A stretch of DNA of 64,000 bases from Verrucomicrobiota bacterium (GTDB lineage Bacteria > Verrucomicrobiota > Verrucomicrobiia > Limisphaerales > JACDHS01): the NCBI GenBank assembly GCA_013820875.1, contig JACDHS010000001.1, positions 87,154-151,153 on the forward strand, in the 5' to 3' direction. Every line of letters starts with the position of its first letter. Within the stretch, counting starts at the first letter, position 1. The position numbers were made by a program, and so were the translations under genes. The notes below the pieces were generated by a model that ran no database searches, was not told the origin of the DNA, and saw nothing but the letters and a program-made list of their open reading frames with translations. Shown here piece after piece: positions 47,167 through 56,941 of this stretch.

Positions 47167-50100
47167 AATATTCCGAACTCCATGCTCGTAGCGCCTTTAG
47201 TTTTCTGCGGGGATCTTCACTCCCGGAGCAAATGGCGGAAGTCGCTGCACAATTGGATTTGCCGTCCATGGCGGTGTGCGATCGTGATGGCGTTTACGGA
47301 GCGCCACGGTTTTTCGGTAAAGCGAAAGAGTCCGGTATTCGACCGATTGTCGGTGCGGAACTGACGATGGAGGATGGAACCATTCTCCCGGTCCTCGTCG
47401 AAAACAGAACGGGGTACCAGAATCTATGTCGTCTCCTGACCGATGCGCATCTCCGCTCGGAGAAAGCTAAAAGCAAAGTGCGCTGGGATGAATTGCCGCA
47501 GTTTGCAGAAGGATTGGTGGCGCTGACGGGGGATGAAGAGGGACCGGTCATCAGAGACATTCGCAGCAAGCAAGGCAGACGATCAACGGAGTGTTGGAGC
47601 GATGGAGTGTTGGAAAACATTATTCCGCTTCTCCCCAATACTCCAACACTCCATTACTCCACCCCTCCTGCGCTCGAAAAACTCATCCATATTTTCGGGC
47701 AACAAAATGTCTTCGTTGAAATCCAGCGCCACATGGTTCGCGGTGAGGAACGGATCAACACCGCCCTCGTGCAGCTTGGTGCTCACTACAAACTGCCATT
47801 ATTGGCCACCAACGGCGTTCTCCACGCTACACCCGCTGGCCGACAGGTTCTCGATGTCTTTACGTGCATCCGAAATCACACTCATCTCGATGCTGCTGGA
47901 AAATTGCTCGCACAAAACAGCGAACGTTTTCTGAAGAACGATAAGCAGATGCGATCCCTGTTTCGCGACCTGCCGGAAGCAATTGAAAACACAGCGCGTC
48001 TCGCTGAACGCCTCCAATTTTCCCTCGAAGATCTCGGTTACGAATTTCCTCAATACAAGGTGCCTCCCGGCCACAGCATGGATTCCTTTCTGCGCGAGCA
48101 AAGTTTTGACGGTGCGCGAAAGCGGTATCGCGGTGAAGTGCCGGAGAAGGTTCGGCAACAATTGGAACGGGAACTTGCGCTCATCAGCAAGTTGGGTGTG
48201 TCCGGATATTTTTTAATAGTCTGGGACATCGTCGAATTCTGCGTCCAGGAAAACATCCTGGCGCAGGGACGTGGCAGTGCCGCCAACAGCTCAGTCTGTT
48301 TTTGCCTCGGAATTACCAACGTGGATCCGCTGAAGTTCCACACCCTCTTCGAACGTTTCCTCAGCGAAGGACGCAAGAACTCGTGGCCGGACATTGATAT
48401 CGATCTCCCGAGCGGGGAACGCCGTGAACGCGTCATCCAGGAAGTCTATAAACGTTACGGCAAACATGGCGCCGCCATGACTGCCAATGTCATTTCCTAT
48501 CGTGGACGTAGCGCATCCCGGGAGATCGGCAAGGCGCTGAATATATCGAATGATGTGGTGGATCGTTTCTCCGCCCTGTTCGCCAATGGCGATTTTCCGC
48601 ACACGCTCGATTTCTCTGCGCAAATGGAAAAAGCCGGTTTGCCCGCACAGCATCCACGTGCCGCCGCGTTTGCTGCTCTTTACAACCAGATGCGTTATTT
48701 ACCGCGTCATCTTGGGCAACACTCCGGCGGGATGATTGTTTGCCAGGATAAGCTGAACTCCGTAATGCCGCTGGAAAACGCTTCGATGCCGGGACGCGTC
48801 GTGGCGCAGTGGGACAAGGATGATTGCGAAGACATGGGGATCATCAAAATTGATTTCCTTGGCCTTGGGATGATGGCGGTGATTCAGGATAGTGTTGAGC
48901 TTTGCGGAAAGCGCGGGAATCCGGTGGACCTGGGCAATCTTCCAGAGAACGATCCGAAAACCTTTGAGATGATTCGCGCTGCAGACACCGTTGGCGTGTT
49001 TCAAATCGAAAGCCGCGCGCAGATGGCAACCTTGCCACGAATGAAGCCGGTTAATTTTTACGATCTGTGCATTGAAGTCGCCATCATTCGCCCCGGCCCA
49101 ATCCAGGGGAACCTGACGCATCCCTACCTGCTCCGTCGCGCTGGAAAAGAGCCCGCCACCGTTTTCCATCCTGACCTGGAACCCATTCTTAAACGAACGC
49201 TCGGCGTGCCGCTTTTCCAGGAACAGATGCTGGAAATGGCGATGAAGATGACCGACTTCAACGCCACTGAAGCTGAAGAACTCCGGCGCGCTCTTAGCTT
49301 TCATCGGTCTGACGAAAAAATGAAGAAGGTCGAAAAGAAACTGCGCGAGGCACTGCAACGAAAAGGCTACACCGAACAGGTGATAGAAAAGGTTGCTGGA
49401 GCGGTAACTTCCTTTGCTCTCTACGGCTTTCCAGAATCGCACGCCATCAGCTTCGCGCATCTGGCATATGCCACAGCCTATTTAAAAGCCCATCGTGCGC
49501 CTGAGTTTTACGCCAGTCTCCTTAATAATCAGCCGATGGGATTCTATTCGGCGGCAACCATCATCAAAGATGGCAAACGACATGGCTTGAAGTTTCGCCC
49601 CGTATCGGTTGAAAAATCAGAATGGCTTTGCACGATTGAAAGCGATGCCTCAATTCGATTGGGATTCTGCATCGTTCGCGGTGTGAATGAAAAGAATGCG
49701 CAGCGCATGTTGGATCAGCGCAACCGTGAACCGTTCTCATCTATAGAACATTTCAAGACGCACACTTCGTTTAACAAGGAGGAACTCCGCACGCTGGCGG
49801 AGATCGGGGCGCTGAACGGATTAGCCAAACACCGTCGCGATGCCATGTGGCAGGTTGAAAAAGAAATTCCGGAGGATGATTTGTTTTCGTGGGCTGCAAT
49901 GTCAAACGCCACCACCGAACCCGATGGTTCTGCGACGGATTCTCCGCTCGAAGCGATGACTTTTCCAGAACGTCTGCGCGCTGATTACACTGGAATGGAA
50001 TTAACGACCGGCCCGCACCCAATGGCTTTACTGCGTGCACAATGTGACACGCTCCATGTCTGGCGCGCCAGTGATTTGCCGCAGGCCAACCCCGGGGAAA

Positions 50101-50375
50101 CCATTCGCATTGCAGGCAATGTCATTTGCCGACAACGTCCCGGAACGGCCAAAGGTTGTGTCTTTATCACGCTCGAAGATGAAACCGGGATGAGCAATGC
50201 CATTGTCTCTTCCAAATTATTTGAAGAACTCCGCTTATTGATCACCCAGGAGCCTTACCTGTTGATCGAAGGTAAATTGCAGAATGCAGAAAACGTGATC
50301 CACATTCGCGCTGAGAAGATTGAACGATTAGTGCATGAAAATTTAGCGGGGAGCGCTTCCTACGATTTCCACTAG
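47139..50375 (+). CDS. dnaE2: Error-prone DNA polymerase DnaE2 (ImuC)
   Basis: YSELHARSAFSFLRGSS marks the PHP domain, followed by pol III alpha blocks (GRGSAANS, PDIDIDL, KIDFLGLGM, RPGPIQG). It has a C-terminal OB fold and lacks a tau/beta C-terminal extension. The first ATG (47139) overlaps imuB by 28 nt. An in-frame TTG at 47163 overlaps the imuB TGA and is an alternative start. Confidence 0.9.
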   Translation: MVHRGDLRLKYSELHARSAFSFLRGSSLPEQMAEVAAQLDLPSMAVCDRDGVYGAPRFFGKAKESGIRPIVGAELTMEDGTILPVLVENRTGYQNLCRLLTDAHLRSEKAKSKVRWDELPQFAEGLVALTGDEEGPVIRDIRSKQGRRSTECWSDGVLENIIPLLPNTPTLHYSTPPALEKLIHIFGQQNVFVEIQRHMVRGEERINTALVQLGAHYKLPLLATNGVLHATPAGRQVLDVFTCIRNHTHLDAAGKLLAQNSERFLKNDKQMRSLFRDLPEAIENTARLAERLQFSLEDLGYEFPQYKVPPGHSMDSFLREQSFDGARKRYRGEVPEKVRQQLERELALISKLGVSGYFLIVWDIVEFCVQENILAQGRGSAANSSVCFCLGITNVDPLKFHTLFERFLSEGRKNSWPDIDIDLPSGERRERVIQEVYKRYGKHGAAMTANVISYRGRSASREIGKALNISNDVVDRFSALFANGDFPHTLDFSAQMEKAGLPAQHPRAAAFAALYNQMRYLPRHLGQHSGGMIVCQDKLNSVMPLENASMPGRVVAQWDKDDCEDMGIIKIDFLGLGMMAVIQDSVELCGKRGNPVDLGNLPENDPKTFEMIRAADTVGVFQIESRAQMATLPRMKPVNFYDLCIEVAIIRPGPIQGNLTHPYLLRRAGKEPATVFHPDLEPILKRTLGVPLFQEQMLEMAMKMTDFNATEAEELRRALSFHRSDEKMKKVEKKLREALQRKGYTEQVIEKVAGAVTSFALYGFPESHAISFAHLAYATAYLKAHRAPEFYASLLNNQPMGFYSAATIIKDGKRHGLKFRPVSVEKSEWLCTIESDASIRLGFCIVRGVNEKNAQRMLDQRNREPFSSIEHFKTHTSFNKEELRTLAEIGALNGLAKHRRDAMWQVEKEIPEDDLFSWAAMSNATTEPDGSATDSPLEAMTFPERLRADYTGMELTTGPHPMALLRAQCDTLHVWRASDLPQANPGETIRIAGNVICRQRPGTAKGCVFITLEDETGMSNAIVSSKLFEELRLLITQEPYLLIEGKLQNAENVIHIRAEKIERLVHENLAGSASYDFH
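47588..47660. repeat. Palindromic repeat element, copy 2, lying in-frame inside dnaE2
   Basis: ggagtgttggagcgatggagtgttgg (47588-47613) / 21-nt loop / ccaatactccaacactccattactcc (47635-47660). It translates to ECWSDGVLENIIPLLPNTPTLHYS. Copy 1 (248-334) read in the same orientation gives EWWSIGVMEKWYGSAASFNTPLLQHSNTP. Confidence 0.7.
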
Positions 50376-50582
50376 TTACTAATTATCGGTTTTTTGCAAA
50401 CTCTCGATAGTTGGACGAGGTGGAATTAAATGGAGCAGCGGTTTCTGTTGCGATCCGACCAGCGTGAAGCAGGCTTTCCAACATGCCGTTCTTCCATACT
50501 GCAATGCTGCAATTTAACAGCCTGTCACAAATGCAACACCCAAGGAGAATCCCGTCTTGGTTTCAGTGAAATGCCGAGTCGG

Positions 50583-51719
50583 CTAGAGCGCGGCTTCAAG
50601 CCGTGCCCACGCGTCGGCTTCTAAAATTTGATCGAGTGTCGGACGTTCAATCACCTTGTGACAATCCATGACGCGTGCCACCGATTGCGAAATCTCGAGG
50701 AAGGTTCGTTTGCGTTTTACAAACAAATCCACTGCCACTTCATTCGCTGCATTCAGAACCGCTGGCAATGTCCCCCCAACCTCCCCTGCTCTGCGCGCAA
50801 GGTTGATGGCAGGAAACCGTTCGGTATCGGGTTCTTCGAAAGTGAACTGTCCGATCTTCGCGAGATTGGTTTGCACACGATTGCTGCCGATCCGTTCCGG
50901 GTAGGTAAGCGCATATTGGATGGGCAAACACATGTCTGGGGTGGAAAGCTGGGCAATCATTGAGCCATCCACAAATTCAACCATCGAATGAATCACACTT
51001 TGCGGATGCACGACCACTTGCACCCGCGCCATCTCCACGTCAAAGAGCCAACGCGCTTCGATCATTTCCAGCCCTTTGTTGAAGAGCGTCGCGGAATCGA
51101 TCGTGATCTTCTGGCCCATCACCCATGACGGATGTTTAAGTGCTTTTTCGACCGTTATATTGGCAAACTCTTCCCTGGGAGTCTGACGAAAAGGACCACC
51201 GGAAGCGGTGAGCCAGAGGTTACGAACTGAACTGCCTGGCTTGTCATCAAGACATTGGAAAATAGCGGAATGTTCGCTATCCACGGCGAGAACTCGGACC
51301 CCATGTTTGCGCGCCTCGCTCATCACGATTTCGCCTGCCATGACGAGAATTTCCTTGGAAGCAACCGCAATGTCTTTACCAGCGCGGATCGCGGCCAGCG
51401 CGGGTTGTAAACCGGCTGTTCCAACGATGGCGATCAAAACGATGTCGGCGGAAGGAAGCGTTGCCAAATGAAGGAGCCCATCATTCCCTGAGTAAACCTT
51501 TGTCCCCGGCTTAACGTTCTTCTGCAGTTCGGCAGCTTTTACCGGATCAAAGATTGAAATGACTTCCGGCTGATGCTGAAGCGTTTGCTGGAGGAGCAGT
51601 TCAGAATTATTTCCCGCCGCCAAACCAACCAGGCGCAGATGACCGGGAATATCTTCGACAACTTTAATAGTGCTGGTACCAATGGAACCAGTTGATCCGA
51701 GCAATACGACGTTCTTCAT
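50583..51719 (-). CDS. dxr: 1-deoxy-D-xylulose 5-phosphate reductoisomerase
   Basis: MKNVVLLGSTGSIGTSTIKVV, AVDSEHSAIFQCL, LTASGGPFR, HPSWVMGQKITIDSATL. Confidence 0.95.
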   Translation of the reverse strand: MKNVVLLGSTGSIGTSTIKVVEDIPGHLRLVGLAAGNNSELLLQQTLQHQPEVISIFDPVKAAELQKNVKPGTKVYSGNDGLLHLATLPSADIVLIAIVGTAGLQPALAAIRAGKDIAVASKEILVMAGEIVMSEARKHGVRVLAVDSEHSAIFQCLDDKPGSSVRNLWLTASGGPFRQTPREEFANITVEKALKHPSWVMGQKITIDSATLFNKGLEMIEARWLFDVEMARVQVVVHPQSVIHSMVEFVDGSMIAQLSTPDMCLPIQYALTYPERIGSNRVQTNLAKIGQFTFEEPDTERFPAINLARRAGEVGGTLPAVLNAANEVAVDLFVKRKRTFLEISQSVARVMDCHKVIERPTLDQILEADAWARLEAAL

Positions 51720-51733
51720 TTACGCAAATGCAT

Positions 51734-52660
51734 TTAGTGCGTCAGCACGTGACGCAAATAGAGATACATGAGCGGGGCGTTGAAGAGCAAACTATCAAGC
51801 AGATCCAGGATGCCGCCGATGCCCGGGAAAAAACTTCCAGAATCCTTCACACCAGCCTCACGCTTGAAGATGGATTCGATCAAATCACCGACCACAGCCG
51901 AGACGCTCAAAAGAACCCCAAGAATCGCAGCGTGATACCAGGTCATCCCAAACAACTTGTCCCCCGCTAAATGCGCGAACGCCAGGCTGATGCCGGTGGA
52001 AACCACGATCGCACCGCCAAATCCCTCCCATGTTTTCCCGGGGCTGATGCGCGGGATCATTTTGTGTTTTCCAATAAGCGATCCGGTCACGTAAGCCCCC
52101 ACATCGCTGAACTTGGTCACCAAAATGAAATAAAGCACATACCAGTTGCCGTGAACCTCGTTACCACGCACGTCAGGAAAGTAATTTATCTTCTGAACAA
52201 AATTCAAAAGCCACGGCACATACATCAGACCGAACAGTGTGGCGGAGATGGCGAGAATACCTGTTGTGCTGCTCTTCGAGACGAATTGCCGAATACAAAG
52301 TCCGAGCACGAACAGGATCAGGAAACTGGTTTCGAAATCATTCACCCGCGACGGCACATCCGCTATTCCCAGGTAATGCTGGAAATGAAAAAACGTTCCC
52401 AGCATCAGCAACAATCCACCGATGAGTCCGCACCACTTGAAGGAAACGAAATTTTTCTTTTCGACGAGACCATAGAATTCCCAGAGACCAATTCCTGCGA
52501 GTAACAACATTGAGAGCAGGAAGAGATAGTCCGACAATATTTTATTCCCGGAGAAAAGGCCGCCGAGGACAATCACCCAGAGCACGACAGTACTCGACAG
52601 GCGTTTGACGAAAATTTGCGCTTTGCTTGGAGCCGGCGCGGATGAAGTTGGTGCTGCCAT
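51734..52660 (-). CDS. cdsA: Phosphatidate cytidylyltransferase
   Basis: A polytopic membrane protein with the CDS signature region SDVGAYVTGSLIGKHKM..ISPGKTWEG....GDLIESIFKREAGVKDSG..FPGIGGILD. Confidence 0.9.
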   Translation of the reverse strand: MAAPTSSAPAPSKAQIFVKRLSSTVVLWVIVLGGLFSGNKILSDYLFLLSMLLLAGIGLWEFYGLVEKKNFVSFKWCGLIGGLLLMLGTFFHFQHYLGIADVPSRVNDFETSFLILFVLGLCIRQFVSKSSTTGILAISATLFGLMYVPWLLNFVQKINYFPDVRGNEVHGNWYVLYFILVTKFSDVGAYVTGSLIGKHKMIPRISPGKTWEGFGGAIVVSTGISLAFAHLAGDKLFGMTWYHAAILGVLLSVSAVVGDLIESIFKREAGVKDSGSFFPGIGGILDLLDSLLFNAPLMYLYLRHVLTH

Positions 52661-52677
52661 TTAGTTCAACAGAAGAT

Positions 52678-53568
52678 TCACTTCTTTTTGAACGGTTTCA
52701 ATGCTTTGGTCGTGACCGGAATTTTTTTAAATTTCCTGGTCAGTTCGACAAGTGATTGCTCGACCCCGAGTCGTTCCAGGCTGGATGCACCCACGAAACC
52801 AACACAATCGGTATGTTCATTGATGTAAGCCGCATCTTCCGGGGTGGCGATGGGGCCACCGTGAGAAAGAAACACGATGTCTTTCCGAACCTTCTTGGCG
52901 CCTTCGATGATTGACTGGGTGCGCTTCACCGCATCATCCATCGTGCAAACTGCGCCAGTCACGCCGATGGAACCGCCGATCGTTGTTCCGACGTGCGCAA
53001 TGATACAATCCGCCCCCGCCTCGGCCATGGCTTTTGCTTCATCCGCTGTTGCAACGTAAACGCAGGTGAACAAATCCATCTTTCGAGCGATCGCCACCAT
53101 CTCAAATTCTTTCTTCACGCTCATTCCGGTTTCTTCCAGCACCTGGCGGAAATTGCCGTCAACAATCGTGTGAGTCGGAAAGTTGTTCACTCCACTGAAT
53201 CCCATGTCTTTCACCTTGAGCAACCAGTGCCACATGCGCCGCCGTGGATCAGTCGCATGCACACCGCAAATCACAGGAACATCTTCCACAATCGGCAGCA
53301 CCTCATGCTCACCGATCTCCATTGCAATCGCATTGGCATCCCCATACGCCATCAGACCGCAGGTCGAACCATGTCCGGCCATGCGAAAGCGTCCGGAGTT
53401 GTAAATGATGATTAAGTCAGCGCCGCCCTTCTCGATAAATTTGGCCGAGATTCCGGTACCGGCTCCGGCAGCGATAATGGGTTGCCCCTTCTTCAATGTG
53501 GCACGAAGGCGTTCAACAACTTCTTTGCGGGTGTAAGGATTACCTTTTCCGGTCCATGGATTTGGCAT
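52678..53568 (-). CDS. Phosphoenolpyruvate hydrolase-like TIM-barrel family protein (PF09370-like)
   Basis: IIAAGAGTGISAKFIEKGGADLIIIYNSGRFRMAGHGS..GLMAYGDAN, GVNNFPT and HVGTTIGGSIG match my recollection of this family. The start is taken at MPNPWTGKG (ATG = complement of 53566-53568). An upstream ATG at 53631 is possible. Confidence 0.65.
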   Translation of the reverse strand: MPNPWTGKGNPYTRKEVVERLRATLKKGQPIIAAGAGTGISAKFIEKGGADLIIIYNSGRFRMAGHGSTCGLMAYGDANAIAMEIGEHEVLPIVEDVPVICGVHATDPRRRMWHWLLKVKDMGFSGVNNFPTHTIVDGNFRQVLEETGMSVKKEFEMVAIARKMDLFTCVYVATADEAKAMAEAGADCIIAHVGTTIGGSIGVTGAVCTMDDAVKRTQSIIEGAKKVRKDIVFLSHGGPIATPEDAAYINEHTDCVGFVGASSLERLGVEQSLVELTRKFKKIPVTTKALKPFKKK

Positions 53569-53827
53569 AAGCGATCTAAGATTCAATAATTGACGATTTC
53601 GGTCTGCGGATTTGAAAGCCGGAAGACTCAAAGCGCAATCAGAAATTTCTAAGGGCTTGAAATGGGTGTGTCATCGTTAGATTGCACAAAGGACGTCGAG
53701 CTGGGGGAATTGACCTACATGTCCCTAAGAAGCAATCAAAATGTGCCATTCTGACACCAGAGCCCCACTTCTTTTCCACTGCAAACAGCGAAAAACCCCA
53801 CTTGGAAAGCCCAATTTAGGCCTCAAT

Positions 53828-54165
53828 GTAAGACTTACCGAGTGGTCTGAAAACTTTTTGACCACCCATGTAAGTCTTACATTGACCCCAAAAAACTTTT
53901 TGACGCCTCGGTAAGTCTTACATCGACGTCAAAAAACTTTTAGCCCACTCGGGAAGAGCTGCAACGATGCTCAGAATTCATTTTGGCCACCGATGTAAGA
54001 GTTACAACGATGCCCAAAAACAATTTTGGTCCCCCTTGTAAGAGTTACATCGATGGCCAAAAAGATTTTTGGTTCCCCGTAAGAGCTGCATCGGTGGTCA
54101 AAACTGGCTTGGCAGCCGTTGTAAAAGTTGCAGCAAAGACGAAAAATGTTTAGCCATCGTTGCAG
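53828..54165. repeat. Degenerate tandem repeat array, about 8 copies, period 41-43 bp
   Basis: The core gtaag(a/t)(c/g)tta/gca recurs at 53828, 53870, 53911, 53952, 53995, 54038, 54079 and 54121. A typical unit is gtaagtcttacattgaccccaaaaaactttttgacgcctcg, with the dyad atgtaag-n-cttacat and an A/T tract. Confidence 0.8.
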
Positions 54166-54417
54166 CGCTTAGAACCCGCCTTTTCGGAAGAAAATTCAGT
54201 TCACACAAAGCACAACCAGCCGTGTTGCCGAAAAACGGGACGTTCGCGTTCTTTCATCCTCCCTGCCCGAAAACCGGCAGCTCTGGAAAGGGGGCCTTTG
54301 AAACCAAGCGCCCCCTTCTGAAACAAATTGAGGGCCGGAAAACGGTCAACAATAGTTGCAAGGGCCTTTGTTAAGTCGTCCGGCATGGGGGTTTCGATCG
54401 AGCAGGTGCTTTTACGT

Positions 54418-55137
54418 CTACGGCGTAGCCTGGTAAAGACGGTTTGTATCGAACACAAACCAGAGATTAACGGGGAGAATAGATTTTTCGAAGCGTAGAA
54501 AACGGGAACTGCCATCAGCAAAGGCATAATTGGAACCTCCGCCGCCATCGCCATTGCTCTTCTTCACACCACCCATGTGCTTGCTTTCATCAAGTTGCTG
54601 GTAGTCATCCTTCTGGTCCCAATCCATGTAAAAGTGACCGGAGGTCTGGTCTTTTTCCCCGAAGAAAATAGTATCGGATGGTCGGCGAATTTGATTGTCT
54701 CGAATTGTGTTTTTGTCGGACATATAGTTGGAGAAGTCTCCCCCTATCGTCGCCCTGAAGTATTCGTTCCACCCATTGATGATGTAAGTGCGAGGCGCAA
54801 TGTCAGCATCCACATGCTCCGGCAATCCCTGGTCTGTTCCCAGTGTCTTAGGGTCGATATCTGTGGGACACCTCAGGACTTTGACATCCCGAAAACCACT
54901 CTTCAGAAGATTCGGCCAGCGCGGCGAGGCTCCCCTCGGAGTTAACCGTCCATCATTTTCATCCGCATACATGACTAGCGAAAGACCGAGTTGTTTCTCG
55001 TTGTTCAGACAAGAAATGCGCCGGGCTGTTTCCTTCGCTTTGCCGAGCGCAGGCAAAAGCATACCAGCGAGAATAGCGATAATGGCTATCACCACGAGCA
55101 GTTCAATCAGGGTGAATGCTTTTATTTTGCCTTTCAT
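54418..55137 (-). CDS. Prepilin-type N-terminal cleavage/methylation domain protein
   Basis: [50 protein letters not shown]. Subfamily blocks are [24 protein letters not shown] and [13 protein letters not shown]. Confidence 0.85.
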   Translation of the reverse strand: MKGKIKAFTLIELLVVIAIIAILAGMLLPALGKAKETARRISCLNNEKQLGLSLVMYADENDGRLTPRGASPRWPNLLKSGFRDVKVLRCPTDIDPKTLGTDQGLPEHVDADIAPRTYIINGWNEYFRATIGGDFSNYMSDKNTIRDNQIRRPSDTIFFGEKDQTSGHFYMDWDQKDDYQQLDESKHMGGVKKSNGDGGGGSNYAFADGSSRFLRFEKSILPVNLWFVFDTNRLYQATP

Positions 55138-55182
55138 ACTTAGAAGAGACGCCTTCGCAGTTCAGTTACGTTACACAATTAC

Positions 55183-55923
55183 TTACAAACTCTCCCGTGC
55201 TTCCCGTGTCACACGCCACATATTTGGTTTAACTACCCCATTGATAAACCCTCCGAACGTTTCCCCAAATCTATAGAATCGAACAGATCCATCTCCAAAC
55301 GCGTAATTGGAGCCTGTGCTGCCCGAGTGCCGATTCTCATCGAGCTGATTGATATCCTCGCGGGAGCGTGAACTCTCGTTCATATAAAAATGGCCATGGC
55401 TTTTCCATTGAGCCTCGGAATCTCCCAACTCGCCGCTTTCTTTTTCGCCGAAGAACACAGTATCGGAAGGAGCATAAATCCCGGTTTCCTTAAGAACCAG
55501 CATGCTTTGACCGCTAATGGTTCCAGATGGATGAAAAAAATCATCCATTGCATTGATAATATAACTACGCGGCGCTTTATCCGCTGGAACGGCATTCGGT
55601 TCATCCATTCCCAACGAATACGGTGTGGGAATGTCGCTGGGGCACTTCAGGACATTGAAATTCCGGTAACCGGATTGCAACAGAGGTGTCCAACGATTGG
55701 TATTCGATGGAGTCGGCAAAGTGCCGGTGTTGTCATCAATGTACATTGCCATTGAAAGAATGATTTGACGCTGATTGTTATTACATGAAACGCGGCGACC
55801 CGCTTCCTTTGCCTTGCTTAAGCTTGGCAAAAGCATTCCTGCCAGGATCGCAATGATTGCGATCACCACGAGTAGCTCGATCAGGGTAAAACCTCTTTTG
55901 CTCCGATTTCTATTCATAACCAT
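55183..55923 (-). CDS. Prepilin-type N-terminal cleavage/methylation domain protein
   Basis: An internal start gives [47 protein letters not shown] (ATG = complement of 55921-55923). The long tracked ORF overlaps oppF and is rejected. The C-terminus has [13 protein letters not shown]. Confidence 0.85.
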   Translation of the reverse strand: MVMNRNRSKRGFTLIELLVVIAIIAILAGMLLPSLSKAKEAGRRVSCNNNQRQIILSMAMYIDDNTGTLPTPSNTNRWTPLLQSGYRNFNVLKCPSDIPTPYSLGMDEPNAVPADKAPRSYIINAMDDFFHPSGTISGQSMLVLKETGIYAPSDTVFFGEKESGELGDSEAQWKSHGHFYMNESSRSREDINQLDENRHSGSTGSNYAFGDGSVRFYRFGETFGGFINGVVKPNMWRVTREARESL

Positions 55924-55975
55924 GCACCAGATCACTGGTTGGTTGGACGTCAATACCAATCCGGCCGATTCATTT

Positions 55976-56941
55976 TTATTTGGCAAAATGACACGCCGCC
56001 CAATGTCCTGCAACGATCTCACGCAATGGCGGAATGTCCACCCTGCACTGTTCCTGGGCGATTGGACAACGGGGATGAAATGGACAACCGGAGGGAGGGT
56101 GGATTGGCGATGGGACGTCGCCGCCGAGGATAATCCGCTGCCGCTTGGAATCCGGGTCCACCACTGGCACTGCAGAAATGAGTGCCTGGGTATAGGGATG
56201 TTTTGGTTCCCCAACGACATTCTTAGCCGTTCCCATTTCCACTATTTTACCCAAATACATGACAATCACCCGACGGCTGATGTGGTTCACCACTGCCAAA
56301 TCGTGTGCGATGAACAGATAGGCCAGGTTCCTTTCCTGTTGCAGGTCTTGCAGCAAGTTGATGATCTGAGCCTGCACTGAGACATCGAGGGCAGAGACGG
56401 GTTCGTCGCAAACGATTAACTTCGGTTCAACCGCCAGCGCCCGAGCGATACCGATGCGTTGCCGTTGACCGCCGGAGAATTCGTGCGGGTACCGTTCCGC
56501 GTAAGCTTCATTCAATCCAACCGCTTTCAATAGTTCACGAATCCGCTTGCGCCGGGCCAAAGAGTTATCCGCTAACTTGTGAATATCGATCGCTTCACCC
56601 ACCGCCTCCTCAACCGTCATCCGGGGATCCAACGACCCGATGGGATCCTGAAAAATCATTTGCAGCCCACGACGCACCGCACGCAACGTTGAACCGCTTA
56701 AATGGGCAATGTCCCTGTTTTCAAAAACAATGCTGCCTTCGGTTGGCTTCACCAATTTGACGATCGCCCTGCCCAATGTGCTTTTTCCACAACCGCTCTC
56801 CCCCACCAATCCAACGGTTTCTCCCGGCTCAATCGTGAAACTTACACCATCAACCGCTTTGACGTGTGCGTTGACGCGACTGAACATCCCGCGCTTGACC
56901 GGGAAATGAACCTTGAGATTTTTAACCTCCAGGATTTTCAA
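55976..56941 (-). CDS. oppF: Oligopeptide/dipeptide ABC transporter ATP-binding protein (OppF/DppF type)
   Basis: Walker [10 protein letters not shown], signature FSGGQRQR, Walker [13 protein letters not shown], and the C-terminal oligopeptide-type extension HPYT...PSP..PPSGC.FH.RC. Confidence 0.9.
   Translation of the reverse strand: MKILEVKNLKVHFPVKRGMFSRVNAHVKAVDGVSFTIEPGETVGLVGESGCGKSTLGRAIVKLVKPTEGSIVFENRDIAHLSGSTLRAVRRGLQMIFQDPIGSLDPRMTVEEAVGEAIDIHKLADNSLARRKRIRELLKAVGLNEAYAERYPHEFSGGQRQRIGIARALAVEPKLIVCDEPVSALDVSVQAQIINLLQDLQQERNLAYLFIAHDLAVVNHISRRVIVMYLGKIVEMGTAKNVVGEPKHPYTQALISAVPVVDPDSKRQRIILGGDVPSPIHPPSGCPFHPRCPIAQEQCRVDIPPLREIVAGHWAACHFAK

Noticed and set aside
54069-54554. ORFs 54069-54374 (+) and 54201-54554 (-)
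   Set aside because: They overlap each other and the degenerate tandem array, they show no motifs, and the minus ORF partly overlaps the 3' end of the pilin-like gene.
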